Assembly: GCA_037445915.1 (NCBI GenBank) | Contig: JBBIJQ010000040.1 | Coordinates: 1 to 18,011, forward strand | DNA length: 18,011 nt | Source: Planctomycetales bacterium | Lineage (GTDB): Bacteria; 4484-113 | Reading direction: 5' to 3' | Shown here: positions 17,498 to 18,011 of the stretch, one piece after another | Layout: every line of letters begins with the position of its first letter | How positions within the stretch are numbered: the first letter of the stretch is position 1 | The notes under the pieces: model-generated | Seen by the model: the letters and a program-made list of their open reading frames with translations, nothing else | Databases searched by the model: none | What the model was told of the DNA's origin: nothing | Program-made: the position numbers and the translations under genes

Positions 17498-18011
17498 TTG
17501 CGCCCTTCTACCTTCTACGTTCTACCTTCTACCTCGCCAGGTATCTATATCCATGTCCCCTTCTGCCTTTCCAAATGCGCGTACTGCGATTTCGCAAGCT
17601 ACCCGCTAGGAAGGATGCCGGAAGGCGTAAGCATTGAAAGGTACGTGAATGCGCTGATTGCCGAGATTAAACTGCGCGGCGAAAGCGCAGGCACGATGCA
17701 GGCCGAGACCGTTTACATAGGCGGTGGCACACCATCCCTCCTCAAACCTGAGGACATCGCGCGCATCACGGCCGCATTGCGCAAAGCACTTGGGCTCGGC
17801 GAGTTGCGCGAATTCACGTTGGAAGCCAATCCTGATACGCTCGGGCGCGAACTGCTGCGGGGATACAAGGAACTCGGCATCACGCGCCTATCCATCGGCA
17901 TACAATCATTGCACGACGAAGCGCTAAAGCAGCTTGGGCGCACATATTGCAGTGGCGGCGCACTGACAGCTCTCTACGAACTAAGCGACGAACTCGCGGC
18001 GTTTGACCTCT
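17498..18011 (+). CDS. hemW: Radical SAM heme chaperone HemW (HemN-like), 3'-partial; absent from the ORF track because it has no stop in the window
   Basis: TTG at 17498 is 7 nt after SD GAGGAG. It translates MRPSTFYVLPSTSPGIYIHVPFCLSKCAYCDF...TVYIGGGTPSLL...EFTLEANP...GITRLSIGIQS. Confidence 0.9.
   Translation, partial: MRPSTFYVLPSTSPGIYIHVPFCLSKCAYCDFASYPLGRMPEGVSIERYVNALIAEIKLRGESAGTMQAETVYIGGGTPSLLKPEDIARITAALRKALGLGELREFTLEANPDTLGRELLRGYKELGITRLSIGIQSLHDEALKQLGRTYCSGGALTALYELSDELAAFDL
17505..17533 (-). repeat. Right heptamer array (NTTCTAC)x4, inverted relative to the left array
   Basis: CTTCTAC CTTCTAC GTTCTAC CTTCTAC is the reverse complement of GTAGAAN units. Confidence 0.9.

Overview
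A GC-rich bacterial chromosomal window of mostly core or surface-related genes. From left to right: the 3' part of an M6-type (immune inhibitor A-like) metalloprotease gene with Ig/IPT domains, translationally coupled to an IPT/TIG-repeat lipoprotein; a class III nucleotide cyclase-TPR protein with atypical base-specificity residues; tRNA-Leu(GAG); and a ~580-bp intergenic region holding REP-like palindromes, 7-bp tandem repeats and a candidate ~115-nt promoter-to-terminator small RNA on the minus strand. Next come a conserved hypothetical protein (-), an orphan AtpZ/AtpI-like gene, a short L25 (rplY), and a NurA-like + HerA-like pair in which the NurA appears to lack catalytic residues. These are followed by a secreted FN3/PKD/beta-propeller lipoprotein, a minus-strand operon (membrane protein, dapF, stand-alone 5'-3' exonuclease) and lepA, which probably uses a non-AUG start. 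Finally, a low-GC four-helix-bundle gene bracketed by inverted arrays of GTAGAAN heptamers sits between lepA and hemW, and hemW runs off the window end. The best leads are the heptamer-flanked four-helix-bundle cassette, the degenerate NurA-HerA pair, the unnamed small RNA, the atypical cyclase and a C-terminal motif shared by the two IPT proteins. All family calls come from motif recognition by eye; no database search was run.
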